This document shows, piece by piece, positions 1-9,900 of a stretch of DNA of 64,000 nucleotides. The notes under the pieces were generated by a model. It worked only from the letters and a program-made list of their open reading frames with translations, made no database searches and had not been told where the DNA came from. The position numbers and the translations under genes were made by a program. The number at the start of each line of letters is the position of its first letter. Position 1 is the stretch's first letter. The DNA lies in assembly GCA_017409575.1 (NCBI GenBank), contig JAFQSM010000099.1:14987-78986 (forward strand). The letters run 5' to 3'. Origin of the DNA: Clostridia bacterium. GTDB taxonomy: Bacteria > Bacillota > Clostridia > Monoglobales > Monoglobaceae.

Positions 1-905
1 AGGCTGAGCACATCACCCATTCCCAAAATTCGTGATGCCATTCTTTCGGGATGAAAAACTTCCAGATCACCAAGCTTTTCACCCATACCGCAAAACTTGA
101 TTGGCTTGCCTGTGACCGCACGCACCGAAAGTGCCGCACCGCCTCGGGTATCGCCGTCAAGTTTGGTAAGAACAACGCCATCAATTTCAAGCTCGCTGTT
201 AAAGCTTTCTGCCACATTTACCGCATCCTGGCCTGTCATTGCATCAACAACAAGAAGGATTTCGGTCGGATTGACTTCGGATTTTATGTTCTTAAGCTCC
301 TGCATCAAATCTTCGTCTATGTGAAGTCTGCCGGCAGTATCTATAATCAAAATATCGTTTCCGTTTGAAATTGCATGACTGAGTGCCTTTTTTGAAATAT
401 CCACCGGGTCTTTGGAACCATCAACTGAAAAAACCGGGATGCCAATCTGTCCTCCGACAACGCGAAGCTGGTCAATCGCTGCGGGTCTGTAGACATCGCA
501 GGCACAAAGCAGAGGGCGTTTGCCCTGTTTTTTAAGAAGTCCGCCCAGCTTTGCAGCTGTGGTGGTTTTTCCCGCGCCCTGAAGTCCTGCCATCATAATA
601 ATTGTTGGCGGTTTTGAAGAAATCTTGATTTTTTCTTCGCTGCCCATAAGTTTTACAAGCTCTTCATTTACAATTTTTACAACCTGCTGTCCGGGGGTCA
701 GGGATTCCATAACTTCGGCTCCTGATGCACGCTCGGACACGCTGTTTATAAAGCTTTTTACAACTTTAAAGTTTACATCCGCTTCCAAAAGGGCCATTTT
801 GACTTCGCGCATAGCGTCTTTCAGGTCAGCTGCCGAAACCTTGCCCCTGCCGCGAAGCTTTTTGAAAGTGCTTTGCAACTTGTCTGTCAAGCTTTCGAAT
901 GCCAT
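1..905 (-). CDS. ffh: Signal recognition particle GTPase Ffh, 5' ~300 codons (3' end lies beyond the window edge)
   Basis: Absent from the ORF track because there is no stop in the window. The reverse complement from the ATG at 905 reads [24 protein letters not shown]...[21 protein letters not shown] (SRP54 N domain plus G-domain P-loop). It lies directly downstream of ylxM, as in other Firmicutes. Confidence 0.9.
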   Translation of the reverse strand, partial: MAFESLTDKLQSTFKKLRGRGKVSAADLKDAMREVKMALLEADVNFKVVKSFINSVSERASGAEVMESLTPGQQVVKIVNEELVKLMGSEEKIKISSKPPTIIMMAGLQGAGKTTTAAKLGGLLKKQGKRPLLCACDVYRPAAIDQLRVVGGQIGIPVFSVDGSKDPVDISKKALSHAISNGNDILIIDTAGRLHIDEDLMQELKNIKSEVNPTEILLVVDAMTGQDAVNVAESFNSELEIDGVVLTKLDGDTRGGAALSVRAVTGKPIKFCGMGEKLGDLEVFHPERMASRILGMGDVLS

Positions 906-942
906 AGCCAACTCCCCTTTCGGTCAAATGTAAATGTTTTTG

Positions 943-1314
943 TTACTTTTCATCATCATTGATTTCTTCAATAATGGTCAAAATACTGTTAATCTGCTTT
1001 TTTATATTTACAGAAAGTGTTTGTGAATCGGGCGATGACTCTATCTCAGCAATTATGCGGTCGATATCCGAAAGCTTTGATTTTATTCTTAAAAATCTTT
1101 CGGCAAGTCCAAGTCGCTTTTCTGTGTCATAAAGTATAGCCTCGGCACGCTTCAGGTTGTCCCTTACGCCCTGTCTGCTTATACCAAGTTCAGCCCCGAC
1201 TTCCGAAAGCGACAAATCCTCGTTGTAATAAAGCTCAACTGTGTCTGCTTGCCTGTCGGTCAGCATTTTTCCGTAAAAACTGAAAAGGAGTGAAATTTCA
1301 ACATTTTTTTCCAA
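943..1314 (-). CDS. ylxM: YlxM/UPF0122 helix-turn-helix protein (SRP-operon partner)
   Basis: 123 aa. Sigma-70 region-4-like HTH (LSLSEVGAELGISRQGVRDNLKRA). Conserved position upstream of ffh. Confidence 0.85.
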   Translation of the reverse strand: MEKNVEISLLFSFYGKMLTDRQADTVELYYNEDLSLSEVGAELGISRQGVRDNLKRAEAILYDTEKRLGLAERFLRIKSKLSDIDRIIAEIESSPDSQTLSVNIKKQINSILTIIEEINDDEK

Positions 1315-1376
1315 ATTTCTTCCTCCTTTTTTATTTGTTGTAAAGTTGTTTAGCTTTACACCTCAACTATTTTACT

Positions 1377-2183
1377 CTAATTTTCTTCTTTTGTCAAGTG
1401 TTTTTTTCGATTTTTTGCAATTAAAGTAAGTCCCATCACCAAAAGCACAACCGACAAGGCTTGGGATACACGAATCGTACCAAAATAAAGAGAATCTGCA
1501 CGGAGACCTTCAACAAACATTCTTACAAGTCCGTACCACACCATATAGCCGCAAAAGATTTCACCGTCAAACACTTTTTTCTTTTTGTAAAGGCAAAGAA
1601 GCAAAACCCCGACCGCATTCGCTAAAGACTCATACAAAAATGTCGGATGCACCATATTGGCAACAATTTTTCCGTCTTGTTCTATCGTCATTGCCCAAGG
1701 CAAATTGCACGCCGAGCCAAAAGCTTCGCCATTTACAAAATTCCCCCATCTGCCGATTGCCTGTCCGATGAGAAGTCCAACCGCCAGAATATCAAGCACC
1801 TTGCCTATATTAAGTTTCTTTAGCTTACAATAAATAAGTACTGCGGCGGCGGCTCCAATCACTCCGCCATAAATTGCAATTCCGCCGCCCCGGATATTAA
1901 GAATATCAAAAAGATTGTTCTGATAGTAATCCCAGTTGAAGATTACATAATAAATTCTTGCACATATTATCGCTGCCGGAACACCGATAAGAAACATATT
2001 GTAAAAATCATCCTGACTTATCCCGCACTTTTTCACTTCACTCAGGGCATACAAAAACCCCAGACAAAGTCCCAGTCCAATAATGAGTCCATAGGTATAA
2101 ATCGGCATACCAAACACCGAAAAAAGCGAACGACTGACCTCAAATTCAAGACCTAAACCGGGAAAAGAAATTACATTAAACAT
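1377..2183 (-). CDS. lgt: Prolipoprotein diacylglyceryl transferase
   Basis: 268 aa polytopic membrane protein with Lgt motifs (GGGIAIYGGVIG, GRWGNFVNGEAFG). Confidence 0.9.
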   Translation of the reverse strand: MFNVISFPGLGLEFEVSRSLFSVFGMPIYTYGLIIGLGLCLGFLYALSEVKKCGISQDDFYNMFLIGVPAAIICARIYYVIFNWDYYQNNLFDILNIRGGGIAIYGGVIGAAAAVLIYCKLKKLNIGKVLDILAVGLLIGQAIGRWGNFVNGEAFGSACNLPWAMTIEQDGKIVANMVHPTFLYESLANAVGVLLLCLYKKKKVFDGEIFCGYMVWYGLVRMFVEGLRADSLYFGTIRVSQALSVVLLVMGLTLIAKNRKKHLTKEEN

Positions 2184-3478
2184 TACTCTTCCTCCAGCGG
2201 CTCAATTACCGAAAGTACCGAATTTTCTGCCTTGAAGTGAGTCACAAGTCTTTGCATAAGTTCTTCTTTTGTCACATTCTGTGCGATTTTCTCAAAATCA
2301 AACGGATTTATTCCTGACATAAAGTCGCGTATGAAGTTGTTGCCTATGCGTTCCACATCATTATATCCACGGAGGTTTGCTCCAATCAGAACTTTCTTAA
2401 CGCGGCTTATTTCTTCATCATCAAGTCCTGATTTTTTTACACTTTCAATTCGTTCCAAAACTCTTTCATACACGGCTTTTGGGTCTTTGCTCTCGCCACC
2501 TGCCGACGAAAATCCATACTTCTTTTCAAGCTCCAGTTCGCTTGAAAAACTTCCGTCAATAAGGCCCTCTTCATAAAGCTTTATGAAAAAGCTGCTGCTT
2601 TTGCCAAACAGCAAAGTCAAAAGTATTTGTGTCTGGATTTGTTTTTCAAGAAGTTCTTTGCCCGAAATATCAGTCTCGGATTCTTTAAACCCTATCATAA
2701 ACTGAGGCTTTGAAACGCTCATCTTCTGATATATCTCGCGTTTGACCACAGTCTCGGGCTCGTCAACCTTCGGTCTTTCTATTCTTCCTCTGTCCTTTTC
2801 TGCCGTCACATACTTGTCCACAATCTTCATTGCTTTGTCAGCATCAATGTCTCCCACCATAACAAGAAACATATTCGACGGATTGTAAAACGCCTCGCAG
2901 CACTTGTACAAAAGCTCCGGTGTTATTTTTGATATACTTTCTACAGTTCCTGCAATATCGGTTTTGACCGGATTGTTTTTATACATCGCCTGAAGCATAT
3001 TAAAAAACAGCTTCCAGCCCGGGTCATCATCATACATTTTTATTTCCTGTCCGATTATCCCCTGTTCCTTGCTGACATTCTCGTCTGTAAAATACGGATG
3101 ATTTACAAAGTCAATCAGGATATCAAGGTTTTCATAAAAGCTGTCGGTGCACGAAAATAAATATGCTGTAATGTCAAAGCTTGTAAACGCATTGCTGTTT
3201 GCCCCTGTAAGTGCAAATCGGTCAAAAGCATTTCCGCCGCCTTCCTCTTCAAAAAGCTTGTGCTCCAGAAAATGCGCTATGCCGTCAGGAAGTTCTATAA
3301 CTTCGTTTGTTCCAGGGACCTTGAGTTTTGTATCAATCGAACCATATTCTGTACCATAAATTGCATAATATTTGCAAAATCCTGTTTTGGGGATTATATA
3401 AACTTTAAGACCGCTTTGGTGTACTCCATAAAGAATTTTTTCTTTAATTAACTTACTTTCAATTACATCAAACTTCAT
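2183..3478 (-). CDS. M16 (pitrilysin/insulinase) family zinc peptidase, catalytic-type subunit (YmfH-like)
   Basis: 431 aa. Inverted zinc motif HxxEH is present (GIAHFLEHKLFEEE). Its 5' end overlaps the upstream M16 paralogue by 11 nt. Confidence 0.8.
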   Translation of the reverse strand: MKFDVIESKLIKEKILYGVHQSGLKVYIIPKTGFCKYYAIYGTEYGSIDTKLKVPGTNEVIELPDGIAHFLEHKLFEEEGGGNAFDRFALTGANSNAFTSFDITAYLFSCTDSFYENLDILIDFVNHPYFTDENVSKEQGIIGQEIKMYDDDPGWKLFFNMLQAMYKNNPVKTDIAGTVESISKITPELLYKCCEAFYNPSNMFLVMVGDIDADKAMKIVDKYVTAEKDRGRIERPKVDEPETVVKREIYQKMSVSKPQFMIGFKESETDISGKELLEKQIQTQILLTLLFGKSSSFFIKLYEEGLIDGSFSSELELEKKYGFSSAGGESKDPKAVYERVLERIESVKKSGLDDEEISRVKKVLIGANLRGYNDVERIGNNFIRDFMSGINPFDFEKIAQNVTKEELMQRLVTHFKAENSVLSVIEPLEEE

Positions 3479-4760
3479 TCTCCTGTGCCCCCTTCAAGAA
3501 ATATACTGTATCCTCCTGCACAGTATTGGCAGCTTTGATTATTGCATCGCGGTCAACTTTCTGAACTTTTGAAATAAGTTCTTCGATGCTTTCGTCATTG
3601 TCAATAAGAATCTGTCCCATATAAAAATTCTCTATCGCTCCCATACTGTCATTTGCAGAAGAAAGGCTTGTCGAAAGATACTTCTTTGCCGACAGAATTT
3701 CATCGTCACTGAAGTCGCCTTTTTTCATCTTGTCAATCTGAAGCATAATCTCGTCATATGCTGCATCAAACTTGTCTGCCTCTATCCCTGCACTTATCTT
3801 CATATAGCTTTTTTGTCTGTCTGCTGACGAGAATACATAATATGCAAGACTGAGCTTTTCGCGCACATTGTTAAAAAGCTTTGAAAACGGACTTCCGCCA
3901 AACACACACGAAAACATCATAAGACCATAGTAATCTTCTGATTTGGGATCAATTCCGCAGTTAAAACCCATAACAAGCTTGCTTTGGGATGTTGGCATCG
4001 GCTCAACGACTTTTTTGACTTCTATATTTTCCTCAGGGCAAGCAAGTTTTGTCTTTGAGTATCCGCCTTTTCTGTCTGCAAAAGCCGAGAACGCCGTCTT
4101 AAGTTCCGCAACCACCTCATCTTCGTCAAAACTTCCGTTTGCAAAAATATCTATTGTCGAAGTATTTAAAAGATTTTTGTAAAATTCATAAAGATTTTTT
4201 TCATCAATATCTTTGAGATCCTCTACATAACCGTACTCGAATATTCCATAGGGATCACCCTCAAACATAATCTCGTTGCACTTGACCGAGGCATATTCCT
4301 TTTTGTCATTGATAAGTCCCTCGATAAGATTTTTAAGATTTTCTTTTTCCTGTTCAAGCCAGGTTTTGTCAAAGCTCTCGTTTTCAACCTTGGGGCAAAG
4401 CACAAGTTCCTTAAGCAGTTCAACTGCATCGTGTGTTATTTTGTCGTTTAAAAACTTGTCACTGACAAACTGGATATTAAAGCGTATCGCCTCGCCATCG
4501 CCTTTTCTTGCTATGCCAAGGCCGACAGATGCTCCATAAAGTTCCTCTGTCTGTCTTGAAAGTTCGGTAAGAGTCGGATACTTTTGGCTGCCCCGCTTCA
4601 AAATTCTGGGCAAAAGAGCAGCTTTTGTAACCGTCTTTCTTTCAAGTGGCAAATGAATATAAAGACTTATGCTGTTTGTCTTGAACTTTTCTGATTTGAA
4701 AAATCTTATGTTAACACCTTTTGAAATTTCATAAGTTTTTATGCTTTTCAAAATATTCAC
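3468..4760 (-). CDS. M16 family peptidase-like protein, non-catalytic partner (YmfF-like)
   Basis: 430 aa with M16 fold-like sequence but no HxxEH motif. Translationally coupled to the downstream catalytic paralogue. Confidence 0.7.
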   Translation of the reverse strand: MNILKSIKTYEISKGVNIRFFKSEKFKTNSISLYIHLPLERKTVTKAALLPRILKRGSQKYPTLTELSRQTEELYGASVGLGIARKGDGEAIRFNIQFVSDKFLNDKITHDAVELLKELVLCPKVENESFDKTWLEQEKENLKNLIEGLINDKKEYASVKCNEIMFEGDPYGIFEYGYVEDLKDIDEKNLYEFYKNLLNTSTIDIFANGSFDEDEVVAELKTAFSAFADRKGGYSKTKLACPEENIEVKKVVEPMPTSQSKLVMGFNCGIDPKSEDYYGLMMFSCVFGGSPFSKLFNNVREKLSLAYYVFSSADRQKSYMKISAGIEADKFDAAYDEIMLQIDKMKKGDFSDDEILSAKKYLSTSLSSANDSMGAIENFYMGQILIDNDESIEELISKVQKVDRDAIIKAANTVQEDTVYFLKGAQENEV

Positions 4761-4791
4761 TCCTTCTCATAAAGTATATTATCTGATATTA

Positions 4792-6147
4792 TCAATTTTG
4801 TATTCTTGAAAAAGTCTTTCTTCTGATAATAAAATAAACAATTCCCATCACAACAGATGCCGTAAACCAGCTTGCCGGATAAGCAGCAAACAGCATCGGA
4901 ACCGTGCGATTCATTGGCAAAATGGCCAAAATCCACAAAATTCTTAAAAGACAAGTGCAAACCAAATTTACCAGCATACCATGGAATGCTTTTCCCATAC
5001 CTTTAAGAACAGCATAAAACAGATTTGTCGGCACAAATAAAAGATATCCGACTCCCACCATCATCAGCTTAATCATACCAACATCTATGACATCAGCCTG
5101 GTTATCTCCGTCAACAAACATAGCAAGCAAATTTTCACCAAATCCAAAAATAACCGCTACAAGAACACCCATACATATATAAGCAAACACCAATCCTGTT
5201 TTAAGCGTCTGATCCACTCTTTTGAAGTTCCCCGCACCGATATTCTGCCCCGAAAATGTCATTACTGCCTGTTCGGACGATGCAATTACCAGATAAACAA
5301 AGTTTGAAATATTTCCTGCTGCAACTGTTGCTGCCATCACAATTTTACCAAACGAATTTACTGCAACCTGTATAATTACATTTGCCACACTAAACATCAT
5401 TCCGTTCATTCCTGACGGAATTCCTACAGCGGCAATTTTCAAAAGCTCTTTTTTATAAATTCTCAATTTTTTAAAGCTTAGCTTAAATTCTGCATCATTT
5501 TTCACAAGCAAGGTCAAGGCAAAAACAGCCGAAAGGACCTGCGATATTACCGTTGCAACAGCAACACCCAATACCCCAATTTCAAAAACAATAACAAACA
5601 GTAAATTCAGCAAAACATTGGTTATTCCTGCAGCCGTCAGTATGTAAAGAGGTCTTTTTGTATCGCCCGATGCACGCAAAACTGCTGCACTGAAGTTATA
5701 AAGCATCGACGCTGGTGCTCCTAAGAAATATACCTGCATATAAAGAGTCGCATCATCAAGAACCTCTGCAGGAGTTTTCATCATCATAAGAAGATTTCGC
5801 GAAAAAAGAAACCCTGCCAACGCCAAAAACACACCGGAAACAATACCAAGCATAATAGATGTGTGTATGGCTCTGTGGAGGGATTCCTTATCCCGTGCTC
5901 CAAAAAATCTGGCGCAAACAACATCTGCACCACCTGAAAGCCCCAGAAACATATTTAAAATAAGATTAGTGATTGACCCGGTTGCCCCCACCGCAGCAAG
6001 AGCCGATGCCCCGACAAATTTTCCAACCACCATTGTGTCAGCTGCATTATAAAGCTGCTGCAACAGCCCCGAAATCAATATGGGGACGACAAATGCTATA
6101 TATTTTTTCACAACAGAACCTTCTGTCAGGTTTGTCTGATAACTCAT
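4792..6147 (-). CDS. MATE family efflux transporter
   Basis: The ORF track gives 4792..6321. I trim the start to the ATG at 6147 (MSYQTNLTEGSVVKKYIAFVVPILISGLLQQLYNAADTMVVGKFVG, a typical MATE N-terminus), which follows GGTGGAG. 12-TM-like hydrophobic profile. Confidence 0.85.
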   Translation of the reverse strand: MSYQTNLTEGSVVKKYIAFVVPILISGLLQQLYNAADTMVVGKFVGASALAAVGATGSITNLILNMFLGLSGGADVVCARFFGARDKESLHRAIHTSIMLGIVSGVFLALAGFLFSRNLLMMMKTPAEVLDDATLYMQVYFLGAPASMLYNFSAAVLRASGDTKRPLYILTAAGITNVLLNLLFVIVFEIGVLGVAVATVISQVLSAVFALTLLVKNDAEFKLSFKKLRIYKKELLKIAAVGIPSGMNGMMFSVANVIIQVAVNSFGKIVMAATVAAGNISNFVYLVIASSEQAVMTFSGQNIGAGNFKRVDQTLKTGLVFAYICMGVLVAVIFGFGENLLAMFVDGDNQADVIDVGMIKLMMVGVGYLLFVPTNLFYAVLKGMGKAFHGMLVNLVCTCLLRILWILAILPMNRTVPMLFAAYPASWFTASVVMGIVYFIIRRKTFSRIQN

Positions 6148-6344
6148 AGTCTCCACCATCCTATTTTGTTTGACTTTAATATTCAAAATTATTCTACCCC
6201 TTAATACCCCTTTTGTCAAGACAATACGGCGGAAATTTGTGCCAAACTTCACTACTTTCAATTTTAAAATATCGGTCACAATTTGTCGCAAAAAAACATA
6301 ATATGTAATGTCGGTGAGCATATATTTATTAAGGAGTTGAAATT

Positions 6345-6527
6345 ATGGCAAATTTTGTTTTGAATACACCCGAAGGTTATGCTTATGTCCCAGTACAGAC
6401 AGCCAATGACCGAAACCTTTACTCCCCCGAAATGGGGCTTGCCCGCGGAACAATTTTCCCGACACTTGACCTTCCTTTGGGGGTATACGGAAATCAGGAT
6501 CTGACAAAGGAGGCAAACACAAAATGA
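6345..6527 (+). CDS. cotJA: Spore coat-associated protein CotJA
   Basis: 60 aa. First gene of a cotJA-cotJB-cotJC arrangement and overlaps cotJB by 4 nt. AGGAG Shine-Dalgarno upstream. Confidence 0.75.
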   Translation: MANFVLNTPEGYAYVPVQTANDRNLYSPEMGLARGTIFPTLDLPLGVYGNQDLTKEANTK

Positions 6528-6769
6528 CCGAACGCGAATCTCTTATGAAACAGATTATGGAATATAGCTTTGCGGCTCACGAGTGGAATCTTTATCTTGA
6601 CACTCATCCAACCAGCAGAATGGCTCTTGAATATTTTAAAAATATGAGTAAAAAAGCCGAGGAACTCAAAAAAATGTATGCCGAAAAATTCGGCCCGATA
6701 AAAGTTTCGGATGTAAACAGCGACACAGAATGGACCTGGGTAAGCGAACCCTGGCCCTGGTCAAACTAA
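6524..6769 (+). CDS. cotJB: Spore coat protein CotJB
   Basis: 81 aa. CotJB-like sequence (YSFAAHEWNLYLDTHP...WPW). Confidence 0.8.
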   Translation: MTERESLMKQIMEYSFAAHEWNLYLDTHPTSRMALEYFKNMSKKAEELKKMYAEKFGPIKVSDVNSDTEWTWVSEPWPWSN

Positions 6770-6784
6770 GGAGGTTAGTGACTT

Positions 6785-7378
6785 ATGTGGAGTTATCATA
6801 AAAAATTGCAGTATCCAATAAACATTAAAAACCCAAACCCCAAACTTGCAAGCTTTATCGTCAGCCAGTATGGTGGACCTCATGGTGAACTGGGTGCCTC
6901 AATGCGCTACCTTGCGCAGCGTTTTTCTATGCCCAATGGTATAACAAAGGCAACTCTTACTGACATCGGCACCGAAGAACTTGCGCATCTGGAAATGGTT
7001 GGCACTATTATTCATCAGCTTACAAAAAATGCTACAACCAGCGAAATTGAAAACAGTCCAATGGCACCATATTTCATAGACCACGGTAAGGGTGTTTATC
7101 CTATTTCAGCAGGAGGCAATCCTTTCTCCGCAGCAACACTTTCAGTAACCGGCGACCCGATTGCAGACCTTGTTGAAGATCTGGCCGCAGAGCAAAAAGC
7201 CCGTGCAACCTACGACAACATTCTTCGTGTCTCCGATGATCCTGATGTAAATGACGTAATTAAATTCCTGCGCGAACGTGAAGTTGTTCACTTCCAGCGT
7301 TTTGGCGAAGCTCTTGATTCGATCCAGAACAAACCGGCAAGCCGCAACACATTTTATATGGGAATGAAAACAAGATAA
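6785..7378 (+). CDS. cotJC: Spore coat protein CotJC (manganese catalase family)
   Basis: 197 aa. Ferritin-like di-metal motifs (GELGASMRYLAQ, EELAHLEMVG, REREVVHFQRF). Confidence 0.9.
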   Translation: MWSYHKKLQYPINIKNPNPKLASFIVSQYGGPHGELGASMRYLAQRFSMPNGITKATLTDIGTEELAHLEMVGTIIHQLTKNATTSEIENSPMAPYFIDHGKGVYPISAGGNPFSAATLSVTGDPIADLVEDLAAEQKARATYDNILRVSDDPDVNDVIKFLREREVVHFQRFGEALDSIQNKPASRNTFYMGMKTR

Positions 7379-7397
7379 AAGTTTTTAACATTTAAAA

Positions 7398-7426
7398 ACA
7401 GAGGCAGATTCTGCCTCTGTTTTTTC
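7398..7426 (+). terminator. Intrinsic terminator after cotJC
   Basis: ACAGAGGCAG-att-CTGCCTCTGT followed by TTTTTC. Confidence 0.8.
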
Positions 7427-7434
7427 TTATATAT

Positions 7435-7463
7435 TTGACAAATCAATTTTTTGATGTTATTAT
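7435..7463 (+). promoter_or_regulatory. Sigma-A type promoter for nrdR
   Basis: TTGACA (7435-7440), 17-nt spacer, TATTAT (7458-7463). Confidence 0.5.
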
Positions 7464-7500
7464 AATAAAAGTACATATATTATATTTGGAGTTGAAAAAT

Positions 7501-7956
7501 ATGCGTTGTTTATTTTGCGGACACCTTGAAAGTAAGGTTATAGATTCCCGTTCGACAGAAGAAGGTACAACAATCCGTCGCCGCAGAGAATGTCTTGAAT
7601 GCGGAAAAAGATTCACTACATACGAAAAAATTGAAACAATCCCTATGATTGTTGTCAAAAAAGACGGCACACGCGAGACCTTTGACCGCGAAAAAGTTTT
7701 GACCGGCATACTCCGCGCCTGCGAAAAACGCCCGGTTACACTCAGCGATATCGAAAAACTTATTGACGATATTGAGTCCAAACTTTACAATATGCTTGAG
7801 CGCGAAGTTACATCCGAGCGTATAGGCGAAATGGTTATGGAACGTCTTAAAGATATTGACGACATTGCATATGTGCGCTTTGCATCTGTCTACAGACAGT
7901 TTAAGGACATTAATTCATTTATGGATGAGCTTGCAAAAATTATAAAAAAAGCTTGA
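7501..7956 (+). CDS. nrdR: Transcriptional repressor NrdR
   Basis: Start trimmed to [18 protein letters not shown] (zinc ribbon CxxC...CxxC) followed by an ATP-cone. GGAG Shine-Dalgarno upstream of the ATG at 7501. Confidence 0.9.
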   Translation: MRCLFCGHLESKVIDSRSTEEGTTIRRRRECLECGKRFTTYEKIETIPMIVVKKDGTRETFDREKVLTGILRACEKRPVTLSDIEKLIDDIESKLYNMLEREVTSERIGEMVMERLKDIDDIAYVRFASVYRQFKDINSFMDELAKIIKKA

Positions 7957-7981
7957 CATACCTACTGTTTTGTGTTAAAAT
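7953..7981 (+). promoter_or_regulatory. Candidate promoter of the rimP-nusA-infB operon
   Basis: TTGACA (7953-7958, overlapping the nrdR stop), 17-nt spacer, TGt-TAAAAT (7976-7981, extended -10). Confidence 0.45.
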
Positions 7982-8007
7982 AAATGTATCGTGAATATTG
8001 TTCAAGA

Positions 8008-8037
8008 AGAGTGAGGCAGACCTCACTCTTTTGTTTA
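8008..8037 (+). terminator. Intrinsic terminator hairpin (nrdR terminator and/or rimP-nusA leader attenuator)
   Basis: AGAGTGAGG-cagac-CCTCACTCT followed by TTTGTTT. It lies between the candidate promoter at 7953 and the rimP start at 8078. Confidence 0.7.
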
Positions 8038-8077
8038 TACTAAACGCTGCATAATAATCCCGAAAGGAAGGTTTTAA

Positions 8078-8542
8078 ATGGCATATTCAAAACTGGAGCT
8101 TAAAATTCTTGATCTGGCAAAACCAATTGCCGAAGAAAACGATTGCTACATCTATGATTTGGAATATCTTAAAGAGGGCAAGTCGCGCACACTCAGGATT
8201 TTTGCCGACAAAGAAGGCGGCGGTATATCGCTTGATGAATGTGAGGCAATAAGCCGAAAACTCAGTGAAGAACTTGACAAAAAAGACCCCATCCCCGAAA
8301 ATTATATGCTTGAGGTTTCGTCTCCCGGAATTGAAAGACGACTTCGAAACCCCGAACACTTTAGCCGATACATTGGTGAAACAATAGACATCGGTCTTTA
8401 CAAAGCCGAAAACGGCAGCAAGACCTTAAGCGGCAAGCTTGTTTCGTTTGAAGACGGAAAAATCACTCTTGAAACAGAGAGCGGAAATGTGTCAATTATG
8501 CAAAGTGAAACTACAGGCGTTAAGCTTCACTTTGATTTTTAA
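8078..8542 (+). CDS. rimP: Ribosome maturation factor RimP
   Basis: 154 aa. RimP-like sequence (LEVSSPGIERRL). First gene of the nusA-infB operon. Confidence 0.9.
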   Translation: MAYSKLELKILDLAKPIAEENDCYIYDLEYLKEGKSRTLRIFADKEGGGISLDECEAISRKLSEELDKKDPIPENYMLEVSSPGIERRLRNPEHFSRYIGETIDIGLYKAENGSKTLSGKLVSFEDGKITLETESGNVSIMQSETTGVKLHFDF

Positions 8543-8574
8543 ATATAAATATCAGATAGGAGAGATTTAAAAAA

Positions 8575-9615
8575 ATGAGCGCAGAATTATTTGTATTGTT
8601 AGATGAAATTGAAAAGGAAAAAGGCATCAGCCGCGACATAGTTCTTGATGTACTTAATGGTGCACTTCTGAGTGCCTACAAAAAGAACTTTGGTGCTGTA
8701 CAGGATGCCAAAGTCCTGATTGACGAAGAAACCGGCGAAATCAAAGTTTATGCACGCAAGAACATCGTCGAAGTGGTTGAAAACAGAGAGGCAGAAATTT
8801 CTGTTGAAGATGCAAAACAGATTAACCCCAACTATGAAGTTGGCGATGTTCTTGAAAGAGAAGTTACACCCAGTTCATTTGGCAGAATTGCTGCACAAAC
8901 CGCACGTCAGGTTGTTCTTCAGAGAATCCGCGAGGCAGAAAGAGAAAAGGCATTTGATGAATTCTCAAACAGAGCAAATGACATTATGACCGCAACCGTT
9001 CGCAAAATTGACAGGCGCAACATTATGCTTGAAATCGGCGATACCGAATCTGTACTTATGCCCAACGAGCAGGTGAAAAACGACAACTACAAGCCGGGCG
9101 AAAAGTTTAAGGTGTTTGTTGTTGAAGTTGCAAACTCGGTAAAGGGTGTTCACCTTATGGTTTCGCGTTCGCATCCCGGTCTTGTCCGCAGACTTTTTGA
9201 ACTTGAAGTTCCCGAAATCAAAAATGGTACTATTGAAATAAAAGGTCTTACCCGTGAACCCGGCTCAAGAAGCAAGCTTGCTGTTATGTCAACAGTTGAA
9301 GGTGTTGACCCGGTAGGTACCTGCATCGGTCCCAAGGGCATGCGTGTTCAGGCAGTTATTGACGAGCTTCGTGGCGAAAAAATTGATATCATCAAATACA
9401 GCGACAACCCTGCCGAATACATTACACAGGCACTTAGTCCCGCAAAGGTTGTTTCTATTGCCGTTGACGAAGAAAAGAAATCCTGCAGCGTAATAGTACC
9501 CGAAGACCAGCTTTCTCTCGCAATCGGAAAAGAAGGTCAAAACGCACGCCTTGCTGCCCGTCTTACCGGATGGAAGATTGACCTCAAGCCCGAATCAAGC
9601 GAGAAGGCTGAATAA
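8575..9615 (+). CDS. nusA: Transcription termination/antitermination factor NusA
   Basis: 346 aa with S1 and KH domains (GPKGMRVQAVIDELRGEKIDII, IGKEGQNARLAARLTGWKIDL). Confidence 0.95.
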   Translation: MSAELFVLLDEIEKEKGISRDIVLDVLNGALLSAYKKNFGAVQDAKVLIDEETGEIKVYARKNIVEVVENREAEISVEDAKQINPNYEVGDVLEREVTPSSFGRIAAQTARQVVLQRIREAEREKAFDEFSNRANDIMTATVRKIDRRNIMLEIGDTESVLMPNEQVKNDNYKPGEKFKVFVVEVANSVKGVHLMVSRSHPGLVRRLFELEVPEIKNGTIEIKGLTREPGSRSKLAVMSTVEGVDPVGTCIGPKGMRVQAVIDELRGEKIDIIKYSDNPAEYITQALSPAKVVSIAVDEEKKSCSVIVPEDQLSLAIGKEGQNARLAARLTGWKIDLKPESSEKAE

Positions 9616-9645
9616 TCTAATTAATTTTTTAGGAGAATATTTACC

Positions 9646-9900
9646 ATGAATCCACAGCGAATGTGTGTCGTATGCCGAAATCTTGTGCCGCGTGAAAAGC
9701 TTTTTAGGGTTGCAAAAACATCCGATGGTTTTTGCATCGACTTTGCTAACAAAATCAACAGTCGGGGTGCCTACATCTGCAAAGACAAAAACTGTATTTT
9801 GTCTGCACGAAAAAAAAGCGCATTCGAGCGCAGCTTCTCAAGTAAGATAGATTCCAAAATTTATGACACCCTGGAGGAATTGGTAAATGATGATAAATGA
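9646..9900 (+). CDS. ylxR: YlxR/RnpM family RNA-binding protein (DUF448)
   Basis: 84 aa, RMCVVCR...GRGAYIC motif. Conserved position after nusA. Confidence 0.85.
   Translation: MNPQRMCVVCRNLVPREKLFRVAKTSDGFCIDFANKINSRGAYICKDKNCILSARKKSAFERSFSSKIDSKIYDTLEELVNDDK

Noticed and set aside
6148-6344. Sigma-E type promoter for cotJABC (CATAATA ... CATATATT)
   Set aside because: The match to the sigma-E consensus is only partial in very AT-rich DNA, so I could not support it beyond chance.
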